DNA of 63,552 nucleotides, filler included, from Chlamydiia bacterium (GCA_903848235.1; 8 parts of 8 records of this genome joined end to end with filler, not necessarily neighbours in it); one strand, 5' to 3'. Counted from the whole stretch's first letter, positions 17,468 to 28,132 are shown. Program-made: numbers and translations. Notes: generated from the sequence alone by a model not told the origin.

Positions 17468-17928
17468 CGTCGACACGTCAAGGATGTCAACCATGTTGTG
17501 AGCAGAGCTATTGTGGCCGAGGCCGTCAGAATTGGCGCCAAGGAAATTGTGTTCGAAGAACTGACGAACATTCGTTCTCGAATCAAGTGCAACAAACGGA
17601 TGCGATCTCGACTCCATAGATGGAGTTGGGACGAGTTGCAAAAGTTCGTTGAATACAAAGCTCAAGCAAAAGGTATGGGGATAGTCTATGTGAACCCAGC
17701 GTATACCTCTCAAAAGTGTTCGAGGTGTAGCTCTCTAAAGGGTTCGGCAAAGACATCGGGTTACGTGTCCTAGCTGTGGAAGCTATCAGCACAGCGATCG
17801 CAATGCAGCGATTAACCTACTGAAGCTTGGTGAGTCTGCTGTCTCGCCAACGGCACTTGTCAACGTGCCAATGGTAGCGGCCCTTGCAGCCAGCTACAAG
17901 CCCCTCCCTTTAGTGAGGGGTAGTTGAC
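17468..17928 (+). mobile_element. tnpB: IS200/IS605-family element 3' part: frameshifted tnpB plus right end
   Basis: IVFEELTNIR, VNPAYTSQKCSRC; shifted frame continues TCPSCGSYQHSDRNAAIN; right end AAGCCCCTCCCTTTAGTGAGGGGTAGTTGAC at 17898-17928. Confidence 0.88.
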
Positions 17929-17938
17929 TGCTGACGTC

Positions 17939-20900
17939 TTAAAAATCTACCTCGGGCCTCCGAAATGCCCGGGCCACAATTGTGCGACAGCGCTCTGCCA
18001 GAGGTGGTAGATCCTCCTCCTTAACTGCAGATTCTACGATCTTTTTAACGATAGAATGCTTAAACGAAGCTAGCTTTCCACCTATCCCACCCTCTGCTTT
18101 TGCTGCTTTCATCTCTTTTTCCCGCGTGTGCCTGAGGAAATTTTGCACAATCGTCGATAGAGAAAGATTTTTTTGATATACAATCGAACGTGTCCGTTGT
18201 GGTTTCTCAGCAATAGCCGTACGCATCATATCGGGCATCTTTCTGACAAAACAATTCATCGAGTCACATGCGGGGACTTCAAGAAGAGGAAAAATGGAAG
18301 AGATTCCCCTGGTTAAGATAGATCGTGGAATCTTTATTTCAGGAAAATCCGCCTCCACTAAGTCACATATGGCACCTGAAAGGGCATCTTCCTTCTTCTC
18401 CAAATGACGACATTCTCCCCACTCTTGTTGGAGAGAGGAAAAAAAATCTAAAAGATGGACAACTTGAGGGTTTCGTTCTGGAGTTTGTGAAGCCTGCTCG
18501 ACCATGGAAATTGCAAAGGGTATCGAATCAACGACACGTCTGAGCACTTCGGAGTCGAGAACAGGAACAATTTCTCCAAATGCGGCGTCAGGAATCGTTT
18601 GAAGAACGAGGGGTAGGGCAAAGCTACGAAGTCCAAGAGGAAAGAGAAACTTAAGCACGTCAGGTATTGCGATTACTCCAGACGCTGATAGCGGTGAAGA
18701 GTGGGTAAGAGAGCGGACACAGAGGGTTGCAAGGTCGAGTAGGTCCCCATCTTTCCTTCGTTGGATTCTGGCGCCACCCCCAACAATCCCAGCAACAAGA
18801 GAGAGGAGATTTGCTTCTAAGAATAGCTCCAGTTCTTCTCCCCCATCAATCAGTTCCTTCATCTTTCTGCCCAATTCATTAAGTTCACACGGCGGCCTTG
18901 GATTAAGAAAGATTTTTTTCAATCCGTCTGGAAGCAAGGTTTCTGGATCTGAAAAAATCTTTTTTGCTTCGGAAACGGCCAGTTTACAGCTAGCATTAAG
19001 AATGGAAAGCGATCCCTCTGAGAGACCTAGATCGGTAAGGTGACTTTTTTGGAGTAAGATATGATGGAGGAGAACATCATGAAGCAGGAAAGTTGGGATC
19101 TGAGAGATGAGTGTTCTTTCTGAAAGAGAGATGAGAAAGTCACGTCCAACACTGGATACGTCCGCCTCACCAGCCCCCTGCGGTACTAAAGCTTCACTAC
19201 TTTCGGCGGTCTCCGTGGGGTCGAGAAGAGTCTCTCGAGTGGCACTACTTGGTTCAATAGAATCGTTGTCGGCAACTGAAGGAATTAATGGAGAGTATGA
19301 AACAAGTGGGCCTCGGGGCGAAAAAAGGGTTGTAACCATCATTTTAAAAAAGTCGCTCAGCCCTTCTCTCAAAGGTTCTAAAACCGGCGGGAGAGGTACC
19401 TCTTCTGGAAGTAAAGAGAGCGCAAATTTCCTAACGACCTCCATATTTCGAGAGTCTTTGAGTAAAGAAAAAATCTCCTTTGGGATCGGGCGATCTTCAA
19501 GAGCATTTTCTGCAGAGAGAAGCGCTTCGGCGCATGTTCTTTGCAAAAAATGAAGTACTGGAGCTTTTTTTATAACAGAGAGAAGCAGCCTTCCAGCTTC
19601 ATTCAACACATATTTATCGTCTTTCTGTTCAAAAAAACGTGCAATTGCTGGAGGCGGAGGATTCTCATGGGTGGACTCAAGAATTTGAAAAAAATGAGGG
19701 AAAAAACTTGAAAGAGCGTCTTGAATGGGCCCATGGATCTGAACTCTTTCTTCTCTCGCTAAAAGAGCATCACTAAGAAAGAGTTCAGCTAGGTCATCCA
19801 AAACCCCAGAAAGCGTTAGAGGGGCTATAGCATCAGCAGGTCTGGCAAAAGCTTCATCTGAAGTGGATGCAGCTTTTTCATGAGGTTTTTCAAGGAGAAC
19901 CTCTCCAAGGACCAATGGGGCGACCGTCGGACCAAGTAGCTGAACCAACGCTTGCGCATCTTCTCCGGAAAAAAAAGGCCCCAAAAGATCGCGAGAAGTT
20001 TTTTTTTCTTGAGGCTTTTCCTCGCTTTCTTTCTTCCGAGAAGGTGGGGCTGCTTCATGAAAGGCGACGTGAAGTGGTTGTAACAGCTGGGCAATCTTTT
20101 TTTTGGCAACACTTCGAAGCATAGAAGAAAGAAATTTGTATAAGGCCATCTCAGCATAGGAAAGGGAAGGATCTGATCGTAAGACCTCATTGATGCTTCT
20201 TTCTAAAATGGCGAGAAGCTTTTTTTCCATTGGGGCAAGCGAATGAGCCTCAACGCTCCTTCTGAGGGCATCCTGGATCTCATCAACCTGAAAAATATCT
20301 TTATTATTCATTATGCGGTCAAAAATCCTAAGGAGAAAAACGGAAAGAGCAAGGCCGGTCCCGCTCTCGTTCTCAGCAATCCTACGAACGGTTTCTCCCG
20401 TTGTTGACAGTACGTATTTTCCCTCAATATTCACAAAACATAGAGCCAGAAGATCTGGCGGAGGAGTTGAACTCCCGTTTCTATAGAACTCGCACTGCTG
20501 AGCGATAAATCTAAGAAGCAAAGGAGAGAGCTGGCAGACCATATTGTATAATTGACCCTGATTTCGCTGATCGAAATCCTTCTTCAGGGTAAGTAGAGAA
20601 CTCTTCATCGTTGAAGATCCCCAATAAATCCCAATGGATACAACTTTTGACAGAACGAATGAAAATGTCCACGACGATTTCCGAGAAAACTTTCGAGGAT
20701 TTTTTTGTGCCTCTGGTGCTCGGACGGGGATGTCTTCGAGAGACCTGAGGAGCCTTCTTTCGAGAGTTGTACATCTATCAAGCAAGTTCTGTTTTTTTGG
20801 ATGATCCTGCCCAAGACTTCCTGCCGCCCACTGCATTTCTACGAGCTTATGCCAGCTTCTTCCGTGCCATTCAGAAGTAGGGGTAGAATCCAGATCTCGC

Positions 20901-20956
20901 TCCAGGGCGGTTAATTCAGTTTCCAGGGGATGCTCAGATATCGGAACACTGGCCAT
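17939..20956 (-). CDS. 1005-aa hypothetical protein
   Basis: Long ORF with GGAGG RBS upstream; no recognised motif. Confidence 0.7.
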   Translation of the reverse strand: MASVPISEHPLETELTALERDLDSTPTSEWHGRSWHKLVEMQWAAGSLGQDHPKKQNLLDRCTTLERRLLRSLEDIPVRAPEAQKNPRKFSRKSSWTFSFVLSKVVSIGIYWGSSTMKSSLLTLKKDFDQRNQGQLYNMVCQLSPLLLRFIAQQCEFYRNGSSTPPPDLLALCFVNIEGKYVLSTTGETVRRIAENESGTGLALSVFLLRIFDRIMNNKDIFQVDEIQDALRRSVEAHSLAPMEKKLLAILERSINEVLRSDPSLSYAEMALYKFLSSMLRSVAKKKIAQLLQPLHVAFHEAAPPSRKKESEEKPQEKKTSRDLLGPFFSGEDAQALVQLLGPTVAPLVLGEVLLEKPHEKAASTSDEAFARPADAIAPLTLSGVLDDLAELFLSDALLAREERVQIHGPIQDALSSFFPHFFQILESTHENPPPPAIARFFEQKDDKYVLNEAGRLLLSVIKKAPVLHFLQRTCAEALLSAENALEDRPIPKEIFSLLKDSRNMEVVRKFALSLLPEEVPLPPVLEPLREGLSDFFKMMVTTLFSPRGPLVSYSPLIPSVADNDSIEPSSATRETLLDPTETAESSEALVPQGAGEADVSSVGRDFLISLSERTLISQIPTFLLHDVLLHHILLQKSHLTDLGLSEGSLSILNASCKLAVSEAKKIFSDPETLLPDGLKKIFLNPRPPCELNELGRKMKELIDGGEELELFLEANLLSLVAGIVGGGARIQRRKDGDLLDLATLCVRSLTHSSPLSASGVIAIPDVLKFLFPLGLRSFALPLVLQTIPDAAFGEIVPVLDSEVLRRVVDSIPFAISMVEQASQTPERNPQVVHLLDFFSSLQQEWGECRHLEKKEDALSGAICDLVEADFPEIKIPRSILTRGISSIFPLLEVPACDSMNCFVRKMPDMMRTAIAEKPQRTRSIVYQKNLSLSTIVQNFLRHTREKEMKAAKAEGGIGGKLASFKHSIVKKIVESAVKEEDLPPLAERCRTIVARAFRRPEVDF

Positions 20957-20986
20957 TGGTATTTCCTCCGAATGCGTTTTCTGTTT

Positions 20987-21150
20987 TAGCCCGAGTTTAC
21001 AAGTTATGCACGAGCCTTTGACACAATCTTTTGGCGTTCAATGGCTTACGATTTTCGATCGCCCAAGTAGGCAATACAATCGAAAATGTAAGTCATTGGA
21101 AACCAAAATCTTGCTCCATAGGCCCATCGCTAATTTGTAAACTCGGGCTA
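20987..21150. repeat. palindromic MITE-like element
   Basis: Perfect 16-bp terminal inverted repeat TAGCCCGAGTTTACAA/TTGTAAACTCGGGCTA plus an internal inverted repeat. Confidence 0.75.
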
Positions 21151-21494
21151 GGGATAGACTCCTTATCTATATAAAAATTAAATATAAAAAAAAATAAAAA
21201 AATCGCGCTCTATTGCAGGGGCGGTTAAAAAATACAGTTTTTTGTTTCGGAAATGGCGTGAGATTTGACCATCAAAAACCCCTTCATAGGGTGCTAGTGG
21301 GTTTTTTTACCTTGTGCGACTTCAGCAACAAGATTTTCGTACTCTTTGTTTGAAAAATTGATTCGGACGTTGGCTTCCTCAAGAAACAAAATCGGTGTCC
21401 AAGGCTCCCGTTCTTTTATTTCCATCGTACAATGGATGATTCATCTTCTTGCGTTGGAAGCTTGGATTGATTTAGAAATTGACCTCGCAGCTGC

Positions 21495-21831
21495 TTATGG
21501 TTGCATCGTTGCGATGAAATTCCCCAAACCGCTAATTTCCAGGTGCAATTGGTCTTGCTCGAAACGCATCTGAAGGGTGAATAGGCAGGGGCCTATATTG
21601 TACTGAATGCAGAAAGTTTGGTTGTCCACCCATTCGCCACGAGCCATGATGGGCGGTCCTTGCAAGCTTTTACGATAGAGCCCATCTAAGCCAACCATAT
21701 TCAGACGTGGTTCTGATTCGTAGACAACCTTTAGATCAAGTTGCGCTTCATCAGACTTCACGAATGCCAGGGTTGCTGTTTTCAGGAGATAGTTTGGCTC
21801 GAAGACAAAGGTCTTTCCAGAAATCTCCCGA
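21495..21831 (-). CDS. C-terminal fragment of a probable serine hydrolase (5' truncated)
   Basis: VGLDGLYR..ARGEWVDNQTF..LQMRFEQDQL tail; frame runs into the gap. Confidence 0.45.
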
Positions 21832-21931
21832 NNNNNNNNNNNNNNNNNNNNNNNNNNNNNNNNNNNNNNNNNNNNTTAATTAATTAANNNNNNNNNNNNN
21901 NNNNNNNNNNNNNNNNNNNNNNNNNNNNNNN

Positions 21932-22863
21932 TCCGCTGTCTCGCCGCTCTCCCGATCGCTTGCCTCTCGATCGCCTCCTATGAGCATGAAAAGAGGGCAT
22001 GAGCTGTGGTGAGGAAACGGAATCCTTTGACTATCCAATGTTACAATGCACTCCCTCACTCCTTCTTTGTCTCGGTGAGGAAGAAGATGAGCGTTTTTAT
22101 ATGAATAAAACGCATGCTGAGCAAGACACATGAGCGCATGCGCTCCCATTGAATACCCCATAAGACCAGTTCGTTTCAGGTCGAGGGAATTGTGAAATAC
22201 ATCTTTGTTATGATCTTGGAGCCAGTCAAAGACAAAGAGATCATTGCGAATAACAAGCGCATAGTTATCGAAGTCTCTCCCACCGAGGTATCGAGGGCGC
22301 TTCTCATCACTGGCAAGCTGATGCTGAATAGTTATGACAACATAGCCATGGGAGGCAAGCTCCTCCACAATGAATCCAAAGTCGCCCATATGCATCGAAT
22401 TACCGTGATTGAAAATAACGACAGGATAAAAGGTGTCCCTGGCTAGACCTTCAATCGTTTTCAGTCGCTTGCTGTGCACTTTAACGCATAACTGTTTCCA
22501 AACTGGAATGGAACGAAATCCATCAGAAAGCCTCTCTTCAAGAGGTTTGGGATACGATTCATTCTCACCTTTTTGCATCGGGAAATACACCCATATTGGA
22601 ACAAGTCTGCCATTGGCATGCTCCAACGACTTCCTAGATGGGTCAAAGAGATCACATGCAACAACACCAACCTGATAGGGGCCTGTTGGGTTTGGAAGGC
22701 TAAATAATTCTGCGTCGGCTTTTGTCATTTGGTCTGATTCTCTGATTTTTTGCATAAGCTCACTCGCCGAAACTTGGCGCTCGTCTGAGGATAATACGAA
22801 GTTATTCCAGAGAAAGGCACACATAATTGAAAAACAAATTATTTTCATATTATTCATAGACAA
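21932..22863 (-). CDS. secreted alpha/beta hydrolase (PAF-acetylhydrolase-like), 3' truncated
   Basis: LPNPTGPYQVG, YPVVIFNHG, EELASHGYVV, GYSMG. Confidence 0.8.
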
Positions 22864-22927
22864 TCCTCAAAAATGACTAACTCAAAGTCAAATTATACCA
22901 TAAACGAACACAAGTGTTCAAGAACAG

Positions 22928-23039
22928 GCAACTGCTCATAAAGTTGAGGTAACTACCGAAAAATTGACAGAGCAATGCCTTCAGACACCAGTTAAAGACG
23001 CTCAAAAAATGTTTTCACCTCAACTTTATGAGCAGTTGC
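22928..23039. mobile_element. 112-bp MITE with 23-bp TIRs and 8-bp target duplication
   Basis: GCAACTGCTCATAAAGTTGAGGT / ACCTCAACTTTATGAGCAGTTGC flanked by AAGAACAG at 22920-22927 and 23040-23047. Confidence 0.88.
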
Positions 23040-23062
23040 AAGAACAGTACAACCGAAAACTG

Positions 23063-23320
23063 TTAATGCCCGACCCTCGCAAGTGCAATCAGCTCCCTGG
23101 TGATTTCGACTAATTTCTTTGTCTGCCGTCTCGTCAGCATTACCTGTTTAGACCACTTCCCAGTTTTTGTATGTGCCGCTGCCATTCTTCGTCGGCCCTC
23201 AGTGGTTTTGGGACCCGTACTTCTACCACCATGTAACCAGCACCGTCCATTAGACATAGCAGCATGACGGCAAGGATTGTGACCATTTGTCTTAGCCCTG
23301 GCGCCGCACAGCTTAACCAT
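23063..23320 (-). CDS. HGGxSTG domain protein
   Basis: CGARAK..PC..AMSNGRCWLHGGRSTGPKTTEG. Confidence 0.88.
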   Translation of the reverse strand: MVKLCGARAKTNGHNPCRHAAMSNGRCWLHGGRSTGPKTTEGRRRMAAAHTKTGKWSKQVMLTRRQTKKLVEITRELIALARVGH

Positions 23321-23813
23321 GAGGTTGACCCTCCAGTTTTCTTTCACCCCCAGCACCCGCAAGTATAGTTCCCACAACAGCCTTACCGCCTCCCTCAACT
23401 GTTACGTGCTGCACAACAACTCGTTGCTCACCCCTCCGCCTATACCTCATGAGGGCATCAAGGCTTTCGTTGTATAGTCGCATCAACTTTATACCCATGT
23501 TTGCATACAGCTCAACAACTTGGGGGCTGAGGTCTTTTGAGCCATTGACAGCAAGCATCTTCATTCCTCGATCGTGCAAGGCAACCATCCTGGTCAACAA
23601 CATCCCCTCTATCTCATCCTTTGGCTCAAGAGCAGCAAGCGCGTGAAAGATGTCCATTATCTTTTGCGACTTGTCCCCATTCAGGTCAATGCCACAGGCA
23701 TCGACACATAACGCAAGGAGCTTAACCCCAACATCATTATTCATGATTCCTGTTGCTGTTTGCAGTTTGGAAGATTCTCCACTCATACCCGCCTGCCGTA
23801 CAAGATTTGTCAT
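23313..23813 (-). CDS. hypothetical protein typically paired with HGGxSTG proteins
   Basis: LEPKDEIEGML..MVALH..L.RYRRRGEQRVVVQHVTVEGGGKAVVG; start estimated. Confidence 0.65.
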   Translation of the reverse strand: MTNLVRQAGMSGESSKLQTATGIMNNDVGVKLLALCVDACGIDLNGDKSQKIMDIFHALAALEPKDEIEGMLLTRMVALHDRGMKMLAVNGSKDLSPQVVELYANMGIKLMRLYNESLDALMRYRRRGEQRVVVQHVTVEGGGKAVVGTILAGAGGERKLEGQPHG

Positions 23814-23838
23814 ACACAAGCACCCAGTATTCAAATTT

Positions 23839-24828
23839 TTATGCCGCAATACTACACCTCGAGAAGCCCTTGACAATCCAGTCATACAAGTAAGCAACCG
23901 GCATATCCCCTGGGGATTTAGCCTTGTCTGCTGGCCAAGCTCTGAGTTGCGGATATCGATTTTTCCACGAGCAAAATTGATTTCTACCGGCAGCATCTTG
24001 ATCAAGGGCCCAAAGAATGCATTGCGACTTTTGGAGCAACTTATCCGTGTACTCGTCAATTGGTTTACCAGCGCCACCCAACGCGACAGTCCATACCAAG
24101 GAAGAAGCTTCTTGCAAACATAACACAGCATCTAGCTCGCTCTCAACTATCAGCGGGATCTTCTCACAGCAGTACCCAAAGACCATCGGTTGGTTTGCAG
24201 AACCTGAAATCTGGATGTATTTTGGTAGTGCATCATCATTTTTCTGACGTCTCACCTTCGCCTTGATACACCGGACTTTCCCGTCCACCTCATGATCATA
24301 GAAAACAATTAGACCTTGAGGAATGAAAACATGAGACTTGGGTACCTTCAACACCTCCCCATCAATAAACAAATCTCTATCGTTGTATCCAACTCCAAAA
24401 ACTTCTGCAAAATTCGGTCGAAGTCCTCGCCGGACCATCTCGTGAGCCCCCCACGACCCTTGAGGATATATTCCCACCATCTGATCGACCAATTTCTCCA
24501 TGAAAATAGACCAGGATTGTGAGGGGATCGTGTCATTCATGACCCGCAGTATTTTTTGACTGGAATGAGCTCGTCCCCACATAACGCCTTGGCAAAAATC
24601 GCGCCCCCCAGCCCCATGTCCTAAGAATTGACGTGCCATTCTGTCAGCGTTCCACCACGTGCCACAACGCCTACAATACGCGTTCCCGTCTGGGAATATG
24701 ACTAGCCTATCATCTCCCTCTGGATCGGCACATTTTGGGCAGTTAGAATGGTATTCATCGCCATATCGACTTTTTGTCGCATGGTACCCAAGCCTTTCCA
24801 AAATGGATATGACATCAAGCTCATTCAT
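23839..24828 (-). CDS. DNA primase (zinc finger plus TOPRIM)
   Basis: CPKC..CRRCG; IVESELDA; ALDQDAAG. Confidence 0.8.
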   Translation of the reverse strand: MNELDVISILERLGYHATKSRYGDEYHSNCPKCADPEGDDRLVIFPDGNAYCRRCGTWWNADRMARQFLGHGAGGRDFCQGVMWGRAHSSQKILRVMNDTIPSQSWSIFMEKLVDQMVGIYPQGSWGAHEMVRRGLRPNFAEVFGVGYNDRDLFIDGEVLKVPKSHVFIPQGLIVFYDHEVDGKVRCIKAKVRRQKNDDALPKYIQISGSANQPMVFGYCCEKIPLIVESELDAVLCLQEASSLVWTVALGGAGKPIDEYTDKLLQKSQCILWALDQDAAGRNQFCSWKNRYPQLRAWPADKAKSPGDMPVAYLYDWIVKGFSRCSIAA

Positions 24829-26626
24829 ACGTCAGCACCCTTGGGTCCACGGGATACCCATCAACTCGTTTGTTCAATAGAGGATGCATAAAACGCTTCT
24901 TCTGCCCGCGTCCATTCTCTGGTTCCCCCAACAATCCCTCCTCTTTTAATGCCCTCATCACTTCAGACAAAGAATATCCAAGCGCCGCCAGATATTTTTT
25001 CAACTGGTCACCAAGCAAGACAAACTCGACAGTTTCCTTTGAATACTCCTCTTTTGTACCTACCTGCATCCGTTCACCCAAAATCGCTATGCCAACAACA
25101 TCACGACAAAAGGGATTGATTGCCGAGTGAATTTTGCTGCTGTTGTCAACGATGTATTTACGTATTGATTCCACCATTTTTATATTTTCTGAACCTGCCT
25201 TATAACGACCTATTCTTTTGTCAAAAAAATCTCGCAATATAGGAACGGGGTCCATCGGAAGAACCCCAGCCTTGTACGCAAGAGATCCCGCAAAGACAAT
25301 CAAAAAAAATCTAGACGTCACTCTATCAGTCGTTCCATTCACGTGGTCCACAAGCGTTCGGCATTTTCTCCACTCTTCACGAATGGCATGTACGTTGGAA
25401 ACAACATGTTGGATATAGGGGACTATCGCTGTCCCATGATGATCTTTAACGGCTTCAGATAATGTGCCACAGATTGACGCGGGTACAGGATTCCCAAACT
25501 CCACATCAACCAACCTGTTCCTGACCCCCTCTGGAAGCTTGGAACATAAATCTTCGATAGAAGACTCTCCGCAAGAAAGGCCAAGCACATTCCACGACTT
25601 TGGCAGACGCCGATCTCCTTGGCGATTTGCCCTCTGTCGTCCACGACCGTTTGCAATGAGGTACACGCTCTCGGGTATTTCATGAGGATCTATTTGATGA
25701 ATTTCGTCGAGTGGCAACAAGAGATCGTTGTATGCCTCAGAAACCGCCTCCAATCCATTCGAGGTAGCACGCCACGTAGTGATGTACCCCTCTGAACCAA
25801 TGACGCTAGCCGCAACCCTTAGCGCTGTCGTCTTTCCAGTTCCTGATGCACCATGAAGGTGAAAGCCACCACCTGGAACTTTTAACACACGCAAGAGCGG
25901 GGCGGCAAACGCACTGCACATAGAGAATAACAAAGAAGGATACTCAAATGTTGGCATAGCAATCTGTTGTTGCCACGACTCGAGCGTTCCTTTGCTCGAA
26001 AAAATTCCAGCCTGAATTGGACCCGTGTAATGAATGTCCTGTTGGCCTGAATTGGAAATCACCATAGTTGGCAGGACAAACACCTGGTCCGAGAGCCACC
26101 CGCCGCGAAAAACAGAAAACAAAATTTTTCTTGGAGTGGATTTTGTGATATACCCCACCAACAGAGATTTTACCGAACGATCAAGGGCAAAAAAATATCC
26201 TTCACTTGCCAGGAGGGAGAGAGCTTCGGTGTTGTCTTTGTATAGAGCCTCAACCGATAAGGTTACTTCCTTGTCGATATTTCTTGTTCGCTCGTGGAAC
26301 TTCACAACTCTGGCATGCCCTCCGCCATTTTCATTTGAAACGGCAGCGACAACATGCAATTCATCACCGATGTAGGTAGCCTTATTTTCGTCAGACACTT
26401 CGCCCTGGCTTACCTTTGCATAATACAAACCACCATCTTTGATAAAATATCCTTGAGGCAATGATTCTTCCGCCTTTTCGTTCTGGCACTGACTCTCCAG
26501 CGCGTCGGCCAAATCCTCTGATGAGTCATATTCTGGTTGTATGATATCCTGAGGTTGCGTGTTCGTTCCCTCTGGAATCGAATCGGAGCGATGTGTTAGT
26601 GGCACATCGCTTTTTTCTTCTGTCAT
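24821..26626 (-). CDS. DUF927-like replication helicase/ATPase
   Basis: GGFHLHGASGTGKTT Walker A, TWRATSNGLE, LPLDEI Walker B, YLIANGRGRQRA. Confidence 0.85.
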   Translation of the reverse strand: MTEEKSDVPLTHRSDSIPEGTNTQPQDIIQPEYDSSEDLADALESQCQNEKAEESLPQGYFIKDGGLYYAKVSQGEVSDENKATYIGDELHVVAAVSNENGGGHARVVKFHERTRNIDKEVTLSVEALYKDNTEALSLLASEGYFFALDRSVKSLLVGYITKSTPRKILFSVFRGGWLSDQVFVLPTMVISNSGQQDIHYTGPIQAGIFSSKGTLESWQQQIAMPTFEYPSLLFSMCSAFAAPLLRVLKVPGGGFHLHGASGTGKTTALRVAASVIGSEGYITTWRATSNGLEAVSEAYNDLLLPLDEIHQIDPHEIPESVYLIANGRGRQRANRQGDRRLPKSWNVLGLSCGESSIEDLCSKLPEGVRNRLVDVEFGNPVPASICGTLSEAVKDHHGTAIVPYIQHVVSNVHAIREEWRKCRTLVDHVNGTTDRVTSRFFLIVFAGSLAYKAGVLPMDPVPILRDFFDKRIGRYKAGSENIKMVESIRKYIVDNSSKIHSAINPFCRDVVGIAILGERMQVGTKEEYSKETVEFVLLGDQLKKYLAALGYSLSEVMRALKEEGLLGEPENGRGQKKRFMHPLLNKRVDGYPVDPRVLTYE

Positions 26627-26829
26627 TCCTCTCCTCCGTCGTCATTCAGTACAGATACCGCATTGAAGAACTCAACGTCATCAACCAACACGCGAGCCCC
26701 CACCTTCTTAAAACATTTTTTCAGTGGCGCAAGGTGTCTATGTTTCTGCGACCGAAAATACCAATTCCTAAGGCCCGTTACAGAAGGCCACGGATACTTT
26801 TCAGAAAATTGCTTGAGAGTCAGTAACAT
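26623..26829 (-). CDS. small DNA-binding protein (excisionase/AlpA-like)
   Basis: 68 aa, LTLKQFSEKYPWPSVTGLRNW..KVGARVLVD; first gene of the replication module. Confidence 0.6.
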   Translation of the reverse strand: MLLTLKQFSEKYPWPSVTGLRNWYFRSQKHRHLAPLKKCFKKVGARVLVDDVEFFNAVSVLNDDGGEE

Positions 26830-27064
26830 CTTTTTCTCCTTGTTCTGAGGTTGTTACTTTTGTTCCTTTTGAACCTCAGTATCGCAAATAGATTTTTGTT
26901 CTTGTTGAGATCAATTTTTATGAACGCGTCTTAACAAAAGGCACCATCACAACGCCTTGACAGGGCAATTTATTTTTCGTTGAGATGAAATATTCCTTCA
27001 GCATCTTAACGAAAAGGATCCCCACATGAATTTTTTGGGTATCCGTTCTCCCTTATCTTCATAT

Positions 27065-28132
27065 TTACTTCGGACCAGCATACTTCCGCTGCTTTCTCCC
27101 TCTTTGATGTTGTGCGGCCTTTTTCTCTGCTTTTGTTCGAGGATCCACGCCCTCAATCCACTTATAAATTGACAGATAAGAGCAGTTTTTCCCTCTCCCC
27201 ACCAATAACTCGTGAACGCATTCAGCAACCTTGGTTCGAGAAAGGTTTCTGTCCTTCCTCCACTCCTCTGTAGCAAGAGATACTGAAAGATTCATTATAT
27301 TGAGCCCCTCTACCGCATAATCGCCCCATGATTTGATATTGGGCAGATCGGCAATCAAGTTCTCAACCAAACGCTTTAAACAGGCGTGCATGCTATGCAT
27401 GTTCTCTGTTCGAAAAACATGGGAGGAGGGACGTTCGCCGATGAGTTTCCAAGGTTGGAATCGCTCACACAAATGCTCAATGTACGCTAAGGCGATAACG
27501 GGATGCTCTCCAATTGGATAGGATCTAAACTTGAGAAAATCTCGTGCGTCAAGAGCACCCATGAATTCATCCCACTCCGAACCCATCCTGCTCTTATCTT
27601 TATCTCTAGATAATAACCATCTTCGCGCATCCTCAGCCCATTGATCCTCCCCTAGCAGCTCATCTTGTAGTGTTATTGGTTGATCGTCATCCTTCTTGCT
27701 TTCCGATGAGAATACGTGTGAATCTCGATTCATTTCTTTTCGGAGTCGATCTAAAACAGGAGGAATATCACCTTCAAGACCATCAACATATTTATTGTAC
27801 TTCCGAGCCAATGGCCACAACCTCCTCAAAGAAGGTACTTTCAAGAGCATAGGTCTCGTTCTTTCAAATGCCCTATTAAAAGCAGAATATGGGTCACCAC
27901 ACGTAAGAAGAGCTTGTAGCTCATTACGTAAAGCCTCCTCCTCTCTTCCACAGCCCGTGTCGTTATTTATCAAATTTAGGATGGGTTTACATCGCTTTCT
28001 CAAGCCCTCTACATCTATTTCTAGGCTATCTTTTTGGGCATCTATCCATTTTAGAATCGAATTAACTTTCTCCCGAATCTTCCTCTTGTCTATTCCAAAA
28101 CGGTCATTTTTGCTCGTCGTTTTTTTCATCAA
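27065..28132 (-). CDS. hypothetical protein
   Basis: 355-aa ORF overlapping the integrase 3' end. Confidence 0.6.
   Translation of the reverse strand: MMKKTTSKNDRFGIDKRKIREKVNSILKWIDAQKDSLEIDVEGLRKRCKPILNLINNDTGCGREEEALRNELQALLTCGDPYSAFNRAFERTRPMLLKVPSLRRLWPLARKYNKYVDGLEGDIPPVLDRLRKEMNRDSHVFSSESKKDDDQPITLQDELLGEDQWAEDARRWLLSRDKDKSRMGSEWDEFMGALDARDFLKFRSYPIGEHPVIALAYIEHLCERFQPWKLIGERPSSHVFRTENMHSMHACLKRLVENLIADLPNIKSWGDYAVEGLNIMNLSVSLATEEWRKDRNLSRTKVAECVHELLVGRGKNCSYLSIYKWIEGVDPRTKAEKKAAQHQRGRKQRKYAGPK

Noticed and set aside
21932..23062. Left att site of the tyrosine-integrase element
   Set aside because: No tRNA-Tyr 3' duplicate found by eye; it may lie beyond the contig end or have decayed.
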